A DNA stretch of 62,749 nt, the filler included, from Choristocarpus tenellus KU-1152 (Eukaryota > Protista > Phaeophyceae): the NCBI GenBank assembly GCA_964200185.2. It is 11 parts of 11 records of this genome, joined end to end, with 100 filler letters (N's around TTAATTAATTAA, not from the genome) between each part and the next. Parts side by side here need not be neighbours in the genome. Positions count along the whole stretch, not along the records: positions 9,631 to 14,439 come from CAXNAD020012977.1; positions 14,540 to 17,832 come from CAXNAD020020982.1; positions 17,933 to 20,587 come from CAXNAD020025918.1; positions 20,688 to 24,409 come from CAXNAD020018303.1; positions 24,510 to 36,166 come from CAXNAD020002202.1; 6 more parts are not named here. One strand, 5' to 3'. Of the stretch, positions 13,986-24,936 are shown one piece after another. Under the pieces are notes generated by a model, which saw only the letters and a list, made by a program, of their open reading frames with translations, was not told where the DNA came from and ran no database searches. The number at the start of each line of letters is the position of its first letter. The stretch's first letter is position 1. The position numbers and the translations under genes are program-made.

Positions 13986-14539
13986 TTTATTCTTCTTCTA
14001 TCGTGAATAATCTTTTTCACCATTTGAAATATACTATCGTGAAGGGAGGTAGTAATCAAAATTTATTAAACATCATCGTCTGGATTATTTTGTGTTAAAC
14101 AACAAACCAAATATAATTGGAAACGTGGGACAACCTGGACGTGATGTAGTAGTTTTGTGGTCCAAACTCCACGTGTAACCCAAGAAGGTATGTTCCATTT
14201 TAGGCCAAACTTGGACAATTACTTAAGTCTTACAAATTAGACTGGAGACATGAAAACCACTGCAAAGTCTGCTATAGGTCGATTCATCCCATGAAACATA
14301 TATGAATGAGACGTCCCAATGCATTAATCAAGCTATAGTATCAACTTCGATTTTCAATACATTAGGGTGCACTGTCTGTATGAGGGGAGTATTTCTATTT
14401 TTTGGGGTACAAATATTTGGGTCAAAGTATCTTGGGGGGNNNNNNNNNNNNNNNNNNNNNNNNNNNNNNNNNNNNNNNNNNNNTTAATTAATTAANNNNN
14501 NNNNNNNNNNNNNNNNNNNNNNNNNNNNNNNNNNNNNNN

Positions 14540-16608
14540 GGCCTTAGCTTTGCAAAGTTTTGATTTTACCGTCCTTCATAAGCCTGGCAGATTACATTAC
14601 ATCCCAGATATGTTGTCACGTCCTCAACTGGAAGAATTTTGTAAACATGAATCTAAACCAGCACCCCTAAGCCCTATATTTCGAAATGTGGGTACAAAAA
14701 CCACTGATGTAAGTTCTCAAGCAAGTAAGGTATACCCTGCTTATGAATTGTCTGTGGATCGACTAGGTGAAATCACTAAAATGGCAAATGACTCTGAGCA
14801 CTTTGCAAGCTCTATTGAGCACTTTGCAAGCTCTATTGAGCACTTTGCAAGCTCTATCAATGTGTTCCCTGTAATTGATACGGAAATTCTAGCCAAGGCC
14901 CAACATGAGCAATATGAAGCTTATTTTCAATACCTGGCAGACCCCACCAATGCAGCATTACCCAGTAAGGAAACGGTCTACACTATGTCATATTTTTTCA
15001 CTCAAGAACGAGAAAATAGACTTTTACTCTACCGATTGTATCAACCTTGTCACCTTCGGAAAAACGGAGAATTTCGAGATCAGTTAGTAGCCCCAACAGA
15101 GGTGCAGGGTTTAATTTTACATGCTCTACATGATCATAAAGTTGCTGGCCATCTTGCTTTCAAGCACACCTTTCAGCGAGTTCGTGATAGATTTTGGTGG
15201 CCAACCTTACATAAAGACGTGAAGGAGTGGTGTGAATCTTGTCAGTACTGTCAGAGGCGTAAGACCTCACACACGCTAAACCCATTACCCACAGGACATG
15301 CCTGTCACACGTCCATTTCAACGACTTGCTATTGACCTAGTTAAATATAAGACCACGCCAGACGGTGCAAAATATGTGCTATCCGCTATAGACCATCTTA
15401 CAAGATTCGCAATCTTGGTTGGTATTGCAAATAAACGAGAAAAAACCGTGGCTAAAGCTCTCGTCGACCGTATTTTTTCCATCTTTGGTCCTCCTGAAAC
15501 ACTCCACTCTGATCAAGGCAAAGAATTTGAGAATAAACTCTTGGCTGAGTTGCGTAAAGTGTATGGATATCATAAAACCAAGACAACGGCATACCGACCA
15601 CAAGGCAATAGTGTATGTGAACGAATTCACTCCACCATGCATGGTATGCTGGCCATGTATTCAAATATCGACCAATCTGACTGGGCCTCATTATTACCCT
15701 TTGTCCAACTAGCACATAATACAGCCTATAATTCCACTGTTCAGGAAACGCCATTTTTCCTCATGTTGGGGAGGCGCCCAATTTTACCAATTGATCTCAT
15801 TTTGGGGGTCCCTGAGGCCACCCCCATAACTGCACAAGAATACAGTATGAAAACAGTGAAGAATTTACAGCTAGCCTATGAATTAGCCCGGCGTAATATT
15901 GGTGAGATGGCTTTAAGAAATGAATCAAAGAAAGTGAACAATAAACTCCCACTATACGAACCCGGTGATAAAGTGTGGCTTCACAAGCCACATACATCAG
16001 CTGATGCACCAAACCCCAAGTAGTTGTCCTCATGGAGAGAACCTTATGAAGTGAAGGCGCGTATAACACCTGTTGTATATCGCGTAAAACGCTTGGAAGA
16101 TCGACGGGAAGTGACAGTTCATCTGGTCAGACTTAAACCTTACAAAGAGGGTAGAGCTACAGAGCCAGATATAGATGCCCTTAATTCACTCTTTTTAGGC
16201 CGGATTTTACCTGAACCGGACCTTGATCAGGGGTCAAAGACACAGCCAACTATTGGATCTTACGATGTAGAGGGCATTGTTGATCATAAACGTGGAGTAG
16301 GAAGAAAAACCACCCGCAATTTTTGTACCGGTTTCGCCTTCAAGGGAATTTCACCGGCCAGTGATGTATGGCGCAAACCCACTGAAATACCTGAATGTGC
16401 AGAGATGATCGCAGCCTATAGGGATGAGAACAAGTTGGACCTCCCTAATGTAAGAGCCATTGGCCAAGCGACTTGTCATAATCAAAAGACACCTGCCACT
16501 ATAACAGCCGAAGAAAGTGTATTACCGCCAACCGAACGTCCACCAAATAGCAACCAAACCTCCTCAAATATTGTGAAGACCCTCCTTGTGGACCGGAAAG
16601 TGCGATGA
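14540..16608 (+). mobile_element. Ty3/Gypsy LTR retrotransposon (chromovirus-type) pol 3' half: end of RNase H, HHCC zinc finger, DDE integrase, GPY/F-like region, chromodomain. Inactivated
   Basis: HDHKVAGH..FWWPTL..CQYCQ; RPFQRLAIDL, IDHLTRF, HSDQGKEF, YRPQGNSVCER; W-REPY; YDVEGIVDHK..SPASDVW..MIAAY. Frameshift near 15298 and TAG at 16021. Confidence 0.93.
14797..14858 (+). repeat. In-frame 21-bp tandem triplication (GAGCACTTTGCAAGCTCTAT) within pol
   Basis: EHFASSI x3 in the ORF. Confidence 0.92.
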
Positions 16609-16758
16609 ATGCCTCTATACTAGTGGGTTGCCGGCCTGGTGAGTTGCCACCAGATTCCACAGATAGAGAAGGTAATCCTTTGTTACTACCAAGATGGCGG
16701 AAGTGACGCCGATAGATTCTTGAAGACCATACCATCGCACAGTCCGGGTGGTAATACA

Positions 16759-17680
16759 GAGCTGATCTAATTAGCGACTGAGTCGGCGAAGTAGAAAAAC
16801 TGCTCTTATCCGGACACAAACACAGGTTGGACCTATCTGTGAAAAGCATGCATAACATTTAAAATATTTTTTGACCTCGGGCATAATATTTTACTTCATT
16901 ATTATAAAAAACAAACTGTGCACATATATATATATATATATAAAAACTAACAGTCCAACTTACTGGTTGTCCAAGTACCTTGGAGGCAAGTTGTTGAAGA
17001 GGAGGTGATAGAAAGGGATAGTGAGTCTTCCAACCACCCTTAACACTATTCCCACAACACTCCCCAAGAGATGACTTGAAGTATCAAAGCTGTGGAGATA
17101 CTGAGCTTCATCCACTCAGACCGCGGGAATCACGTAGGAGACAAGCTAGTCCACGCCATTTTTCTCACTACGCCTTACACCCGTTAACGCAGAATTCACT
17201 GGGACTGAGGTGATATTTAGAGCTGATCTTATTAGCGACTGAGTCACGTGAAGTAGAAAGATTGCTCTTATCCGGAGACATTAACACAGAGTGATTCTAC
17301 CTGTGAAAAGCATGCTTATATTTCTTATATTCAAAATATTAATGACCTCGGGCATAATATTTTGCTTCTGTTAACAAATGCACATCTAACAAAACATTAA
17401 AGTCCATTTTATCTGGTTTTCCAAACACCTTGGAGGCAAGTTGTGGACGGAATGTGACAGTAAGGGATGATGAGCATGACCCACCCTTAACACTATACCC
17501 ACAACACTCCCCAAGAGATGACTTGATGTACCAAAACTGTGGTGATACCGAGCGTCATTGACTCGGATCCCCGGGAAGCACGTAGGAGACAAGCAAGATA
17601 GACATGCCATTTTTCTCACTACGCTATCAACCCGTTAACACAGTTGTTACTTGGACTAGAGTGCGACCTAGGGCTGATCA
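16759..17680. repeat. Diverged ~460-bp tandem repeat downstream of the gypsy pol (units start at 16759 and 17220, with a trace at 17671)
   Basis: Co-linear blocks GAGCTGATC, TTAGCGACTGAGTC, TGCTCTTATCCGGA, CTGTGAAAAGCATGC, TGACCTCGGGCATAATATTTT, CCTTGGAGGCAAGTTGT, CCCACAACACTCCCCAAGAGATGACTTGA, CACGTAGGAGACAAGC and GCCATTTTTCTCACTACGC. Confidence 0.92.
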
Positions 17681-20600
17681 CCACTAGTGCTCCACCTCTT
17701 ATATACTTATCCTGAGTTGATAACAACCAGGATGTTTCAATTTTTTTTCCTCCCAAAGATGGACCTGTCCGACATGAAGTGCTGGCCAGCCACTTTTGTG
17801 TTCGTGTCGAATAGAATCCACACTGGGGGGGGNNNNNNNNNNNNNNNNNNNNNNNNNNNNNNNNNNNNNNNNNNNNTTAATTAATTAANNNNNNNNNNNN
17901 NNNNNNNNNNNNNNNNNNNNNNNNNNNNNNNNAGGAGGAAAGGGGGGGGGGGAGCGTTCCCTCCACATGTCCTGGCCACAGCAAAAAGCAAACAATTGAG
18001 TACTATCCCACATATCAAAATAATGAACGAACCCAGGAGCCTGTGAGCTGACCCTGGCACAAACAGCACAAGCTGCGCACTACATACACACACTTTGTTG
18101 GATAGACCAGTCAAAAAAATAGTTATCTCATGTCCCTAATACTATTGAGCTACGGGGAAAAGTTCTGGTAAATATAAACCTTGGTCTGAAAAAAAAAAGT
18201 TTTAGCGAATAAATTAAATATGTAGGTACCATGTTACTATCAGTAAGGAACAGATTCTGTCTTGGTTTGCACTGTATCTGTGTCACAATCAGGGACACAA
18301 AGAGTTTGAGGAAGGGGGAGCTCCTGGTTTTCTCACATTTGGCAATGCACACTCATGAGGAATGTTTTTCGTGTCTAGATATCTGCTCAATCTTATGACC
18401 GAGAAACATATATGCGTACAAACGGTTTGTGACTAGTCACTGTCAAGGCCCCGCGCTTTAGGGTAACGTCAATCAAGACCATACACAAACCGGTCAATTG
18501 GCAATGTACCGTACAGCACAGTAAATGTTGTACTGTGTTGTTCCCATATTGATTCGCTATGGAATCATCTTACAACGGTGATTATTTGTTCCAACTCAGG
18601 CAAAGGTAAAAAGTGGGGGATGCACCTAGGTCTGTTCTACTCACTACAACTATCGCCCCCATGTCTTGCAAAAAACCCGACACGTTCGGCAAAACAAAAA
18701 ATAGATGAGGTGAGGACTTAACAAGGGCAACCCCTTGGCAGCAAAAGCTGGAGTAGTACGTTGACTCTCTTCACAAGAGAAGTCTATGTCCCACCATTCG
18801 CTAGGAGGAAATTTTCTGAACTGATATGGACGACAACTTTTCCCTTCTCTTAACCTACTGGAAATAAGGCAATTCACAATTTTGGATAGGCACGAACCCG
18901 CTGGGGACTTTGACAGATGAGCTGGGTTTGACAGTCTTCGGCCAGACCTTTGGACACAGGTCGCTTGGACTTGGCCCACAGCAGTAGCAAAACACTTTCG
19001 TGAAGCCGGAGATGGTGACAAAGTTGGAAAGAGGTCATCAAGGCGATGAAAAGGTTAGTATGAGACAGACCTCAACGTTGATATAACTTGTATGGCATGG
19101 AAGGGCAAGCATAGGATGGGACGTGGCTTTACACTTCACTTTATGCATACAATCATGACCTCCATTACCAAAAACTGCACCTAAAGTCGAAGCATCCACA
19201 ACGAGGGACAGCAAAGGCCCAGAATTAGAAACAGTTGAGAAGTTGTCAACGCTAGAGGTTCAAGAACAAGACTGTGAGTTGAAAAATCAGTATCATGGTA
19301 AGGAATGTACTTTTACCTTTCCCACCCAACTCACAACATACCAAGAAACATGAAGTGACACCCTCACTCCAATAAGGCCGATATTATCACAGCATCTGAG
19401 GATCCATATTCGCCTTTCCCATCCTACTCACCACAAAAACATAAAAAAACACCCAGAATCACCCCCGCACGCACTGGGGTGACGTGGAAGCCATAGACAT
19501 GGAAGTCGATGGAGTTGATTATGTCCATTCTCCCCGAAATAGTGTGACGATGACACCAATCCAGCGATGAAGTTAATACAGTGGTGCAGCCCTGGAAATG
19601 GGTCGGCTCAACTACAGTGTGTCGATGATGGGATGGCGCACAGGGGTCCTGCTGGGATTTGAGATACTTGACCTTCCACTCATCCACATATCTTCTGATA
19701 TCTTCATAAACTTCTTTTGATGGACTAAGAGGAAAACGACTCAAAAATATACGGTATTTTTTAGATCATAGTATCAACTTACATTGAGATATGTTCTACC
19801 TGCTACTATCTAAATCAAAAGAAGAGGAGAAATATGCAAATATGCAAAAAAAATCTCCTTACAAGATCAAGTCAGTTCAAAAGAGTTGTTAAAGTAACTT
19901 AATTCCCGAAATTTCCCGACCTATAGTAGAATATTTGTTGAAACTTTGTTTGTGGTTAGTGGTTGAAGAGTAGGCATATTAATCAACGTAAGATTCATTA
20001 GCTTTTGCATTGACACATCTACGAAATGTTGCAGGGTATAACAATAGATAGATATTGACATAAGATTGAACACGCGATTTTAAAATTTGTTAGTAATCTG
20101 TGTTTCAAGAATAGTCCAATATATTGAGAGTGGGATAAGACAAAGACCAAACTGGAAGAAAACTCTAAAAACTCCTCCAACAACCAACACTATATTTGTA
20201 TTATAGTAGTTTATCGGTTGTCATTTCTCCGAATACTACTGATTTATATAGAATTGTGGTACGACAAGAACTATAAACATACCTAAAATAAATTCAACAC
20301 TTCCTGCCAATAGTGATAAGTCAGGGTTGATGGTACGACCAACAACAACATCAACCTTCAACGTCTATTGAACTTACTCTTTTCCAGCCCTGGTGAAAGA
20401 TACATCAGCAAAATGAAATTTCAGGATAATATTACCACCAACATTTTGAGACAGGTGAGGGGAGGAAAAAGAGGAAATCGAGGGTATAAAATATCTCTTC
20501 ATCAGTTTTACTTTGATACATCTCTAAAGTGATAGTTTATGAAGTAAACTGAGTTTTGTGGGCGGGAGAATTCTGGTTGGCTGGGGGNNNNNNNNNNNNN

Positions 20601-20749
20601 NNNNNNNNNNNNNNNNNNNNNNNNNNNNNNNTTAATTAATTAANNNNNNNNNNNNNNNNNNNNNNNNNNNNNNNNNNNNNNNNNNNNCAAATGGACACCC
20701 TGGTGTAGAACTCTCCCCGCCGCCCAGATATTTTGGGTCTGGAGCGAAC

Positions 20750-21010
20750 CCAAATCAAAACACCAGGCATTCCTGTCACCATAAGATCGTCAACGTGAGG
20801 GGCTGTTACAGCACAAACAATGCTATTTCTTACATAGCGTAACACACAGGTATCTGTTCTGCATTGCTCAAAACTACATTGTCCCAAAACGTGCACCAAA
20901 AGATTATTAAACTCCCTGCTACCCTGTTTGGTGCCATAAAGAGCTTTCCCAGAAGGTACAATCTTTCCTGATCACAATTACATCCATTTCATTAACGAAT
21001 AAATATTTCC
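20750..21010 (-). mobile_element. Decayed Ty1/Copia reverse transcriptase fragment (different from the adjacent element)
   Basis: KALYGTKQGSREFN..FEQCRTDTCV..HVDDLMVTG. Confidence 0.8.
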
Positions 21011-21205
21011 TGTCTGACTTCTGCTCTTAATTAAATTTTTGCTTCATATCCCAATGCATGAACCCTTGTTTGTAGGTATAGTGGTATCAATAGCTTATGG
21101 CTCTGGGGTTGTCCCGTCGTAACTTTTGATGTAGACATGCCCGTCACAAGGCCCTCCAGAGTACGGGCTTCATGTTTTTTCTCACTATTTTTTTTTAGAA
21201 AGAAG

Positions 21206-21272
21206 TCTCGTATGGGGTTCGAACCGTGGATTCACCAAGAGTGGTAACTGATGCACTATCACTTGATTAAAG
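21206..21272 (-). pseudogene. tRNA-like remnant or tRNA-derived SINE head
   Basis: The minus strand has a B-box GGTTCGAACCC and an upstream A-box-like TAATCAAGTGATAG at tRNA-like spacing. No clean cloverleaf can be drawn. Confidence 0.35.
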
Positions 21273-21310
21273 TATAGGGTTTAGGTGGGGAAAAGCCTCC
21301 CCACCCTTTC

Positions 21311-21635
21311 TGTGCAATTTACCTTGGGAGGTAGTGCTATTTATCAGTAGTGAAGACAAGAAGGTGTGGAGCCTCACAAGACCCCCTTTGCTGAACGTGA
21401 AAGATTGGATGGAATTAGAAGAGTGACCTTTGTGGGGTGTCTTCTATTGCTTGTTTATTATTATTTGTCTCATACGGAAGTCAACGGTTATGTCAGAGAA
21501 TTCTAACTGCAATACCAAACTCCATACATAATCCAGATGTACTATTTCATTAGTTACATCACATGGACTCAATTCAACGCAATAATCTCACATACACAAA
21601 ATAAGGTACACCTCACTATTGTCCTACTTTGCACA
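21311..21635 (-). mobile_element. 3' LTR (325 bp) of the Copia element
   Basis: On the minus strand it begins TGTGCAA immediately after the purine tract AATGGGGGAA (21645-21636) and ends TTGCACA, a 7-bp terminal inverted repeat. It lies ~110 bp after the RNase H stop. Confidence 0.8.
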
Positions 21636-21748
21636 TTCCCCCATTAGAGTGCAGGCAATGAAGGGTTGCTGGAACTCTCAAATCTAATTTTTTTATTCTG
21701 CCAATGCAGTAAAAGAATGCTGATTACTTCAACTTTAATACACAACAT

Positions 21749-24280
21749 TCATCTAGTCAACACAGTGTCTACAAAGTCTTCTACCTGCTTCTTACGTAAT
21801 CTTTTGGTCAAGATGTCTGCAAGTTGGAGTGCCGTGGGAATATATTTTACTGTAAAAATCCTTTGCTGACATATTCCCTGGTGCATTTTAGTTTGATATC
21901 GACATGCCTTGTCCGTCCATTGAAACCTTCGGTTATTGCTGCTTGAATTGCACCTCGATTGTCTCCATACCAAGTCGTGACCCCTTAAAATATGCCCAGC
22001 TCCCCCAGGATGCCTCTGAAGAATATTGCATGCCTCATTCCATGTACTATCACTGTCCATTCCGCTTTCGTTGAAGATGCGGTCACAGCTCCTTGCATCT
22101 TGGATTTCCATGCAATTGGTGCCTCATTCAATAGGATTAGGTATTCCATCACTCTTCGACTTGAAACAGTGTGTCATTGCCCCAGTCTGACTCTCTCCAT
22201 ACCCAACCAAGGCCCCATTGTCCATTTCACCACCACCAGGATAGTGTATCCCTACGTTCATGGTGCCTGCTAGGTATCGTAGAACATGTTGCAACCCTTT
22301 CCAGTGTCGATTGCATGGAGATGCTGCATATCTTCCCAGTTCCTGCACACTGTTGGATAGGTCTGGTCGTGTTATCCCAGCTAGGAACATAAGTTTCCCC
22401 AGGATGATGCGGTAAGGTTTGTACCTCTGATCCAACTTCTCCTCATCAGTTCTCCTTGTGGTCAGGTCCATTCCTGGGCTTGAAGGTGGTGAGGTACTCC
22501 GTACTTCTGTGGATCCCATTCCTTCGCGAACAATGCTCTCTGCATAGAAACGTTGGTCTAGTGTGATGCCAGCCTCATTCCGGTTGATTGCCACCCCAAC
22601 TAACTTGTCTGGGGTCCCGAGGTCCCGTCCTTCGTACTTGGCAAGCAGATTGCTCTTCATCCTCTTTATTTCTTCGTGGAAGTCTCCAGTCAATGAGATG
22701 TCATCCACGTAGTGAAAAAGGACAGCGATTCTACCATCTTCACTCCTTTTCACATATAGGCAGGCGTCAAAGTCGCTAACACTCCACCCCTTAGCTAAGA
22801 TTATTCCCTTTAGCTCCTTGTACCACTCCATTGCTGATTGCTTAAGGCCATAGATGGCCCTGGCAGCTTTTACGATGGATCCATTGGGCAGTTGTAGCCA
22901 TGAGCAAGAACTCGACAAGTTCACCTAGTGGACAACGGAGGTCAGCTAGGATAGCTGAAAAACCCAGGGTGGACTACGGGGGTTTACACTGTGGAGATAC
23001 CGAAGAATTGGGAGAGAATATAGTGAATCTTCTCAGAACAAGCACGGATGATGCATACTGTTTGATGGTGGGCATGGCAGATTACATCTCTATAGGCCAC
23101 CAGGAGTCATCAACAATCGCAGAAGCCCTCACAGGGCCTGATGCAGAACACTGGAAAGAGGCAATGGAGCAAGAAATGGAGGCCAACGAAGCAAAGGAAC
23201 CTTCCATGAGGGAGAGAGTCTGCCACTAGGGAGGAGACCTATCAAAACAAAATTTATATTTAAAATCAGAAGGACAGCCTATGGAGACATCGAAAGATTT
23301 AAGGCCAGGCTGGTGGCACGGGGTTTTTCCCAATGGCTGTTGCTTGTGGTATCGGATCAACTGCAATATCGAACTCCCGATCAGAGTCGTCTTCAGTATC
23401 GAAAATCTCTTCATCATCCGTCAAAGTCATGGTCTCTCTCTCCCCCATGAAGTCCATGATGTGTTCGTCTGACTCGAACGTCATGTGGGCTGAGGTCACC
23501 AACTTGGCCTCTTGAGGAAGCCAGATGTAACAACACAGTGATGTACGGTTGTGTCCCAATTTATAAGCCTTTTGGCGTATGGGTGAAACTTTGAACCGGC
23601 TCCCCTTTGCTGCTTGTCCCGGTGAACATAGCAATCGCTCCCCCAGGCCCGAAGCCTATCGTAGTTGAAGGATTTACCTGTTAGGCACTCGCATGGCGTC
23701 TCTCCTCCCAGGTATTCGTGTGGCATGCCTCCAGTCTTGAAGGCGACGTCCGTGATGGCAATTAACCAGTACTCGTCGCCTAGCCTAGCCTTTGCCAGTT
23801 GACTCCTTGCTGCCCCCATGAGTTGCTCTATCGCCCTTTCGAAGATTCCGTTACTCCGTGGTGTTCTCGGTGGAGATTTCCTCCATCGGGTACCGTTGTT
23901 CACCAGCATCCTTTGGAACTTCACTGATCTCCCAAGCTCGCAAGCACCATCCCCACTGATGCATTGGACTTGTATACCTTCCCTTGCCATCTGGTTGATA
24001 TAGGCAGCGGTTGCGTCCGTCGCTGCATTTTTTGTTTTCAATCCATAAACCCTCTTGTCTCTGCTGCTCGCATCGACAAACACCTCGAAATATTTGTGTG
24101 CAGTGATGTCTGCTTTAAAAGGTCCCGCCAAATCCGTGTGGACACCCTCGCCGGGCTGCTTGGGGGTCCTACCACCCCGTTGATAGCTTAAGGCCTCGGC
24201 TTTGCATTCCTTGCAGGTCTTGCACAGCGGTTCTGACGCCACAGATAAAAGTCCACGTTTCTCGAGATGCTTTATTACCG
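21749..24280 (-). mobile_element. Ty1/Copia pol (integrase, RT, RNase H), frameshifted, with segment 22896-23338 inverted
   Basis: Integrase VHTDLAGPF, GDGACEL, PRSNGIFER. RT YGLKQSAMEWY, HYVDD, TRPDLS. RNase H QLADILTK. The RT N-terminus (ALTGPDAEHWKEAM, RFKARLVARGFSQ) lies on the + strand. Confidence 0.93.
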
Positions 24281-24409
24281 ATGGGTTGATGTTGATGTTT
24301 GTCTCGGACTACGCGTATTCCCAATATCCATTCAGCGTGTCCAAGGTCTTCCATCTCGAACTGCTGCTGAAGTCTGCGTTTGGTAGAGGTGATGAGGTTA
24401 GTGTTGGAT
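24281..24409 (-). mobile_element. Third Copia RT fragment fused upstream of the integrase
   Basis: TKRRLQQQFEMEDLGHAEWILGIRVVRD matches the Copia RT F-x-M-x-DLG..LGI block. Confidence 0.7.
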
Positions 24410-24936
24410 NNNNNNNNNNNNNNNNNNNNNNNNNNNNNNNNNNNNNNNNNNNNTTAATTAATTAANNNNNNNNNNNNNNNNNNNNNNNNNNNNNNNNNNN
24501 NNNNNNNNNCCCTCACAAACCACCCCCCCCCCCAAGATACTTTGACCCTTGACAAAACAAGGTTGGCCTTATCACGGCACGAAACCATTGTATCTACTTC
24601 AGTGATGAATCTGTGAATTGTCAATTACCACACCTTGCCCTGTGCTTTGGTGCCTTACAATGTCACTGAATTCTGGAAAAGAGATGGGGTCAACTAGGCA
24701 GATATCAGTGTCTTGAAAGATCCACAATAGCCTACAAATACTTATTATTATGCAGCCCCACAGCAACTGTCCTTTTTTTCACCAAATTCAGGCAAGTGAA
24801 AGAAGGAGGGATGTAAGAACCACAACAAATATCCAAGGAGATCTCAAAACATACATAAATTTCTCCAGAAAAATATGCCGTGTTGAAGTTAGAAAGACTC
24901 AGCAAAACTCTAGATATCACACTGTATTGAAATCAC

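Noticed and set aside
16021-16023. TAG as programmed readthrough and the 15298 shift as a programmed frameshift
   Set aside because: Both fall inside integrase rather than at a gag-pol boundary, with no slippery heptamer. They are best explained as point decay (TTG>TAG, small deletion).
16759-16830. Hammerhead ribozyme in the tandem unit (CTGA..GAAA)
   Set aside because: There is no CUGANGA core with correctly placed stems on either strand by eye.
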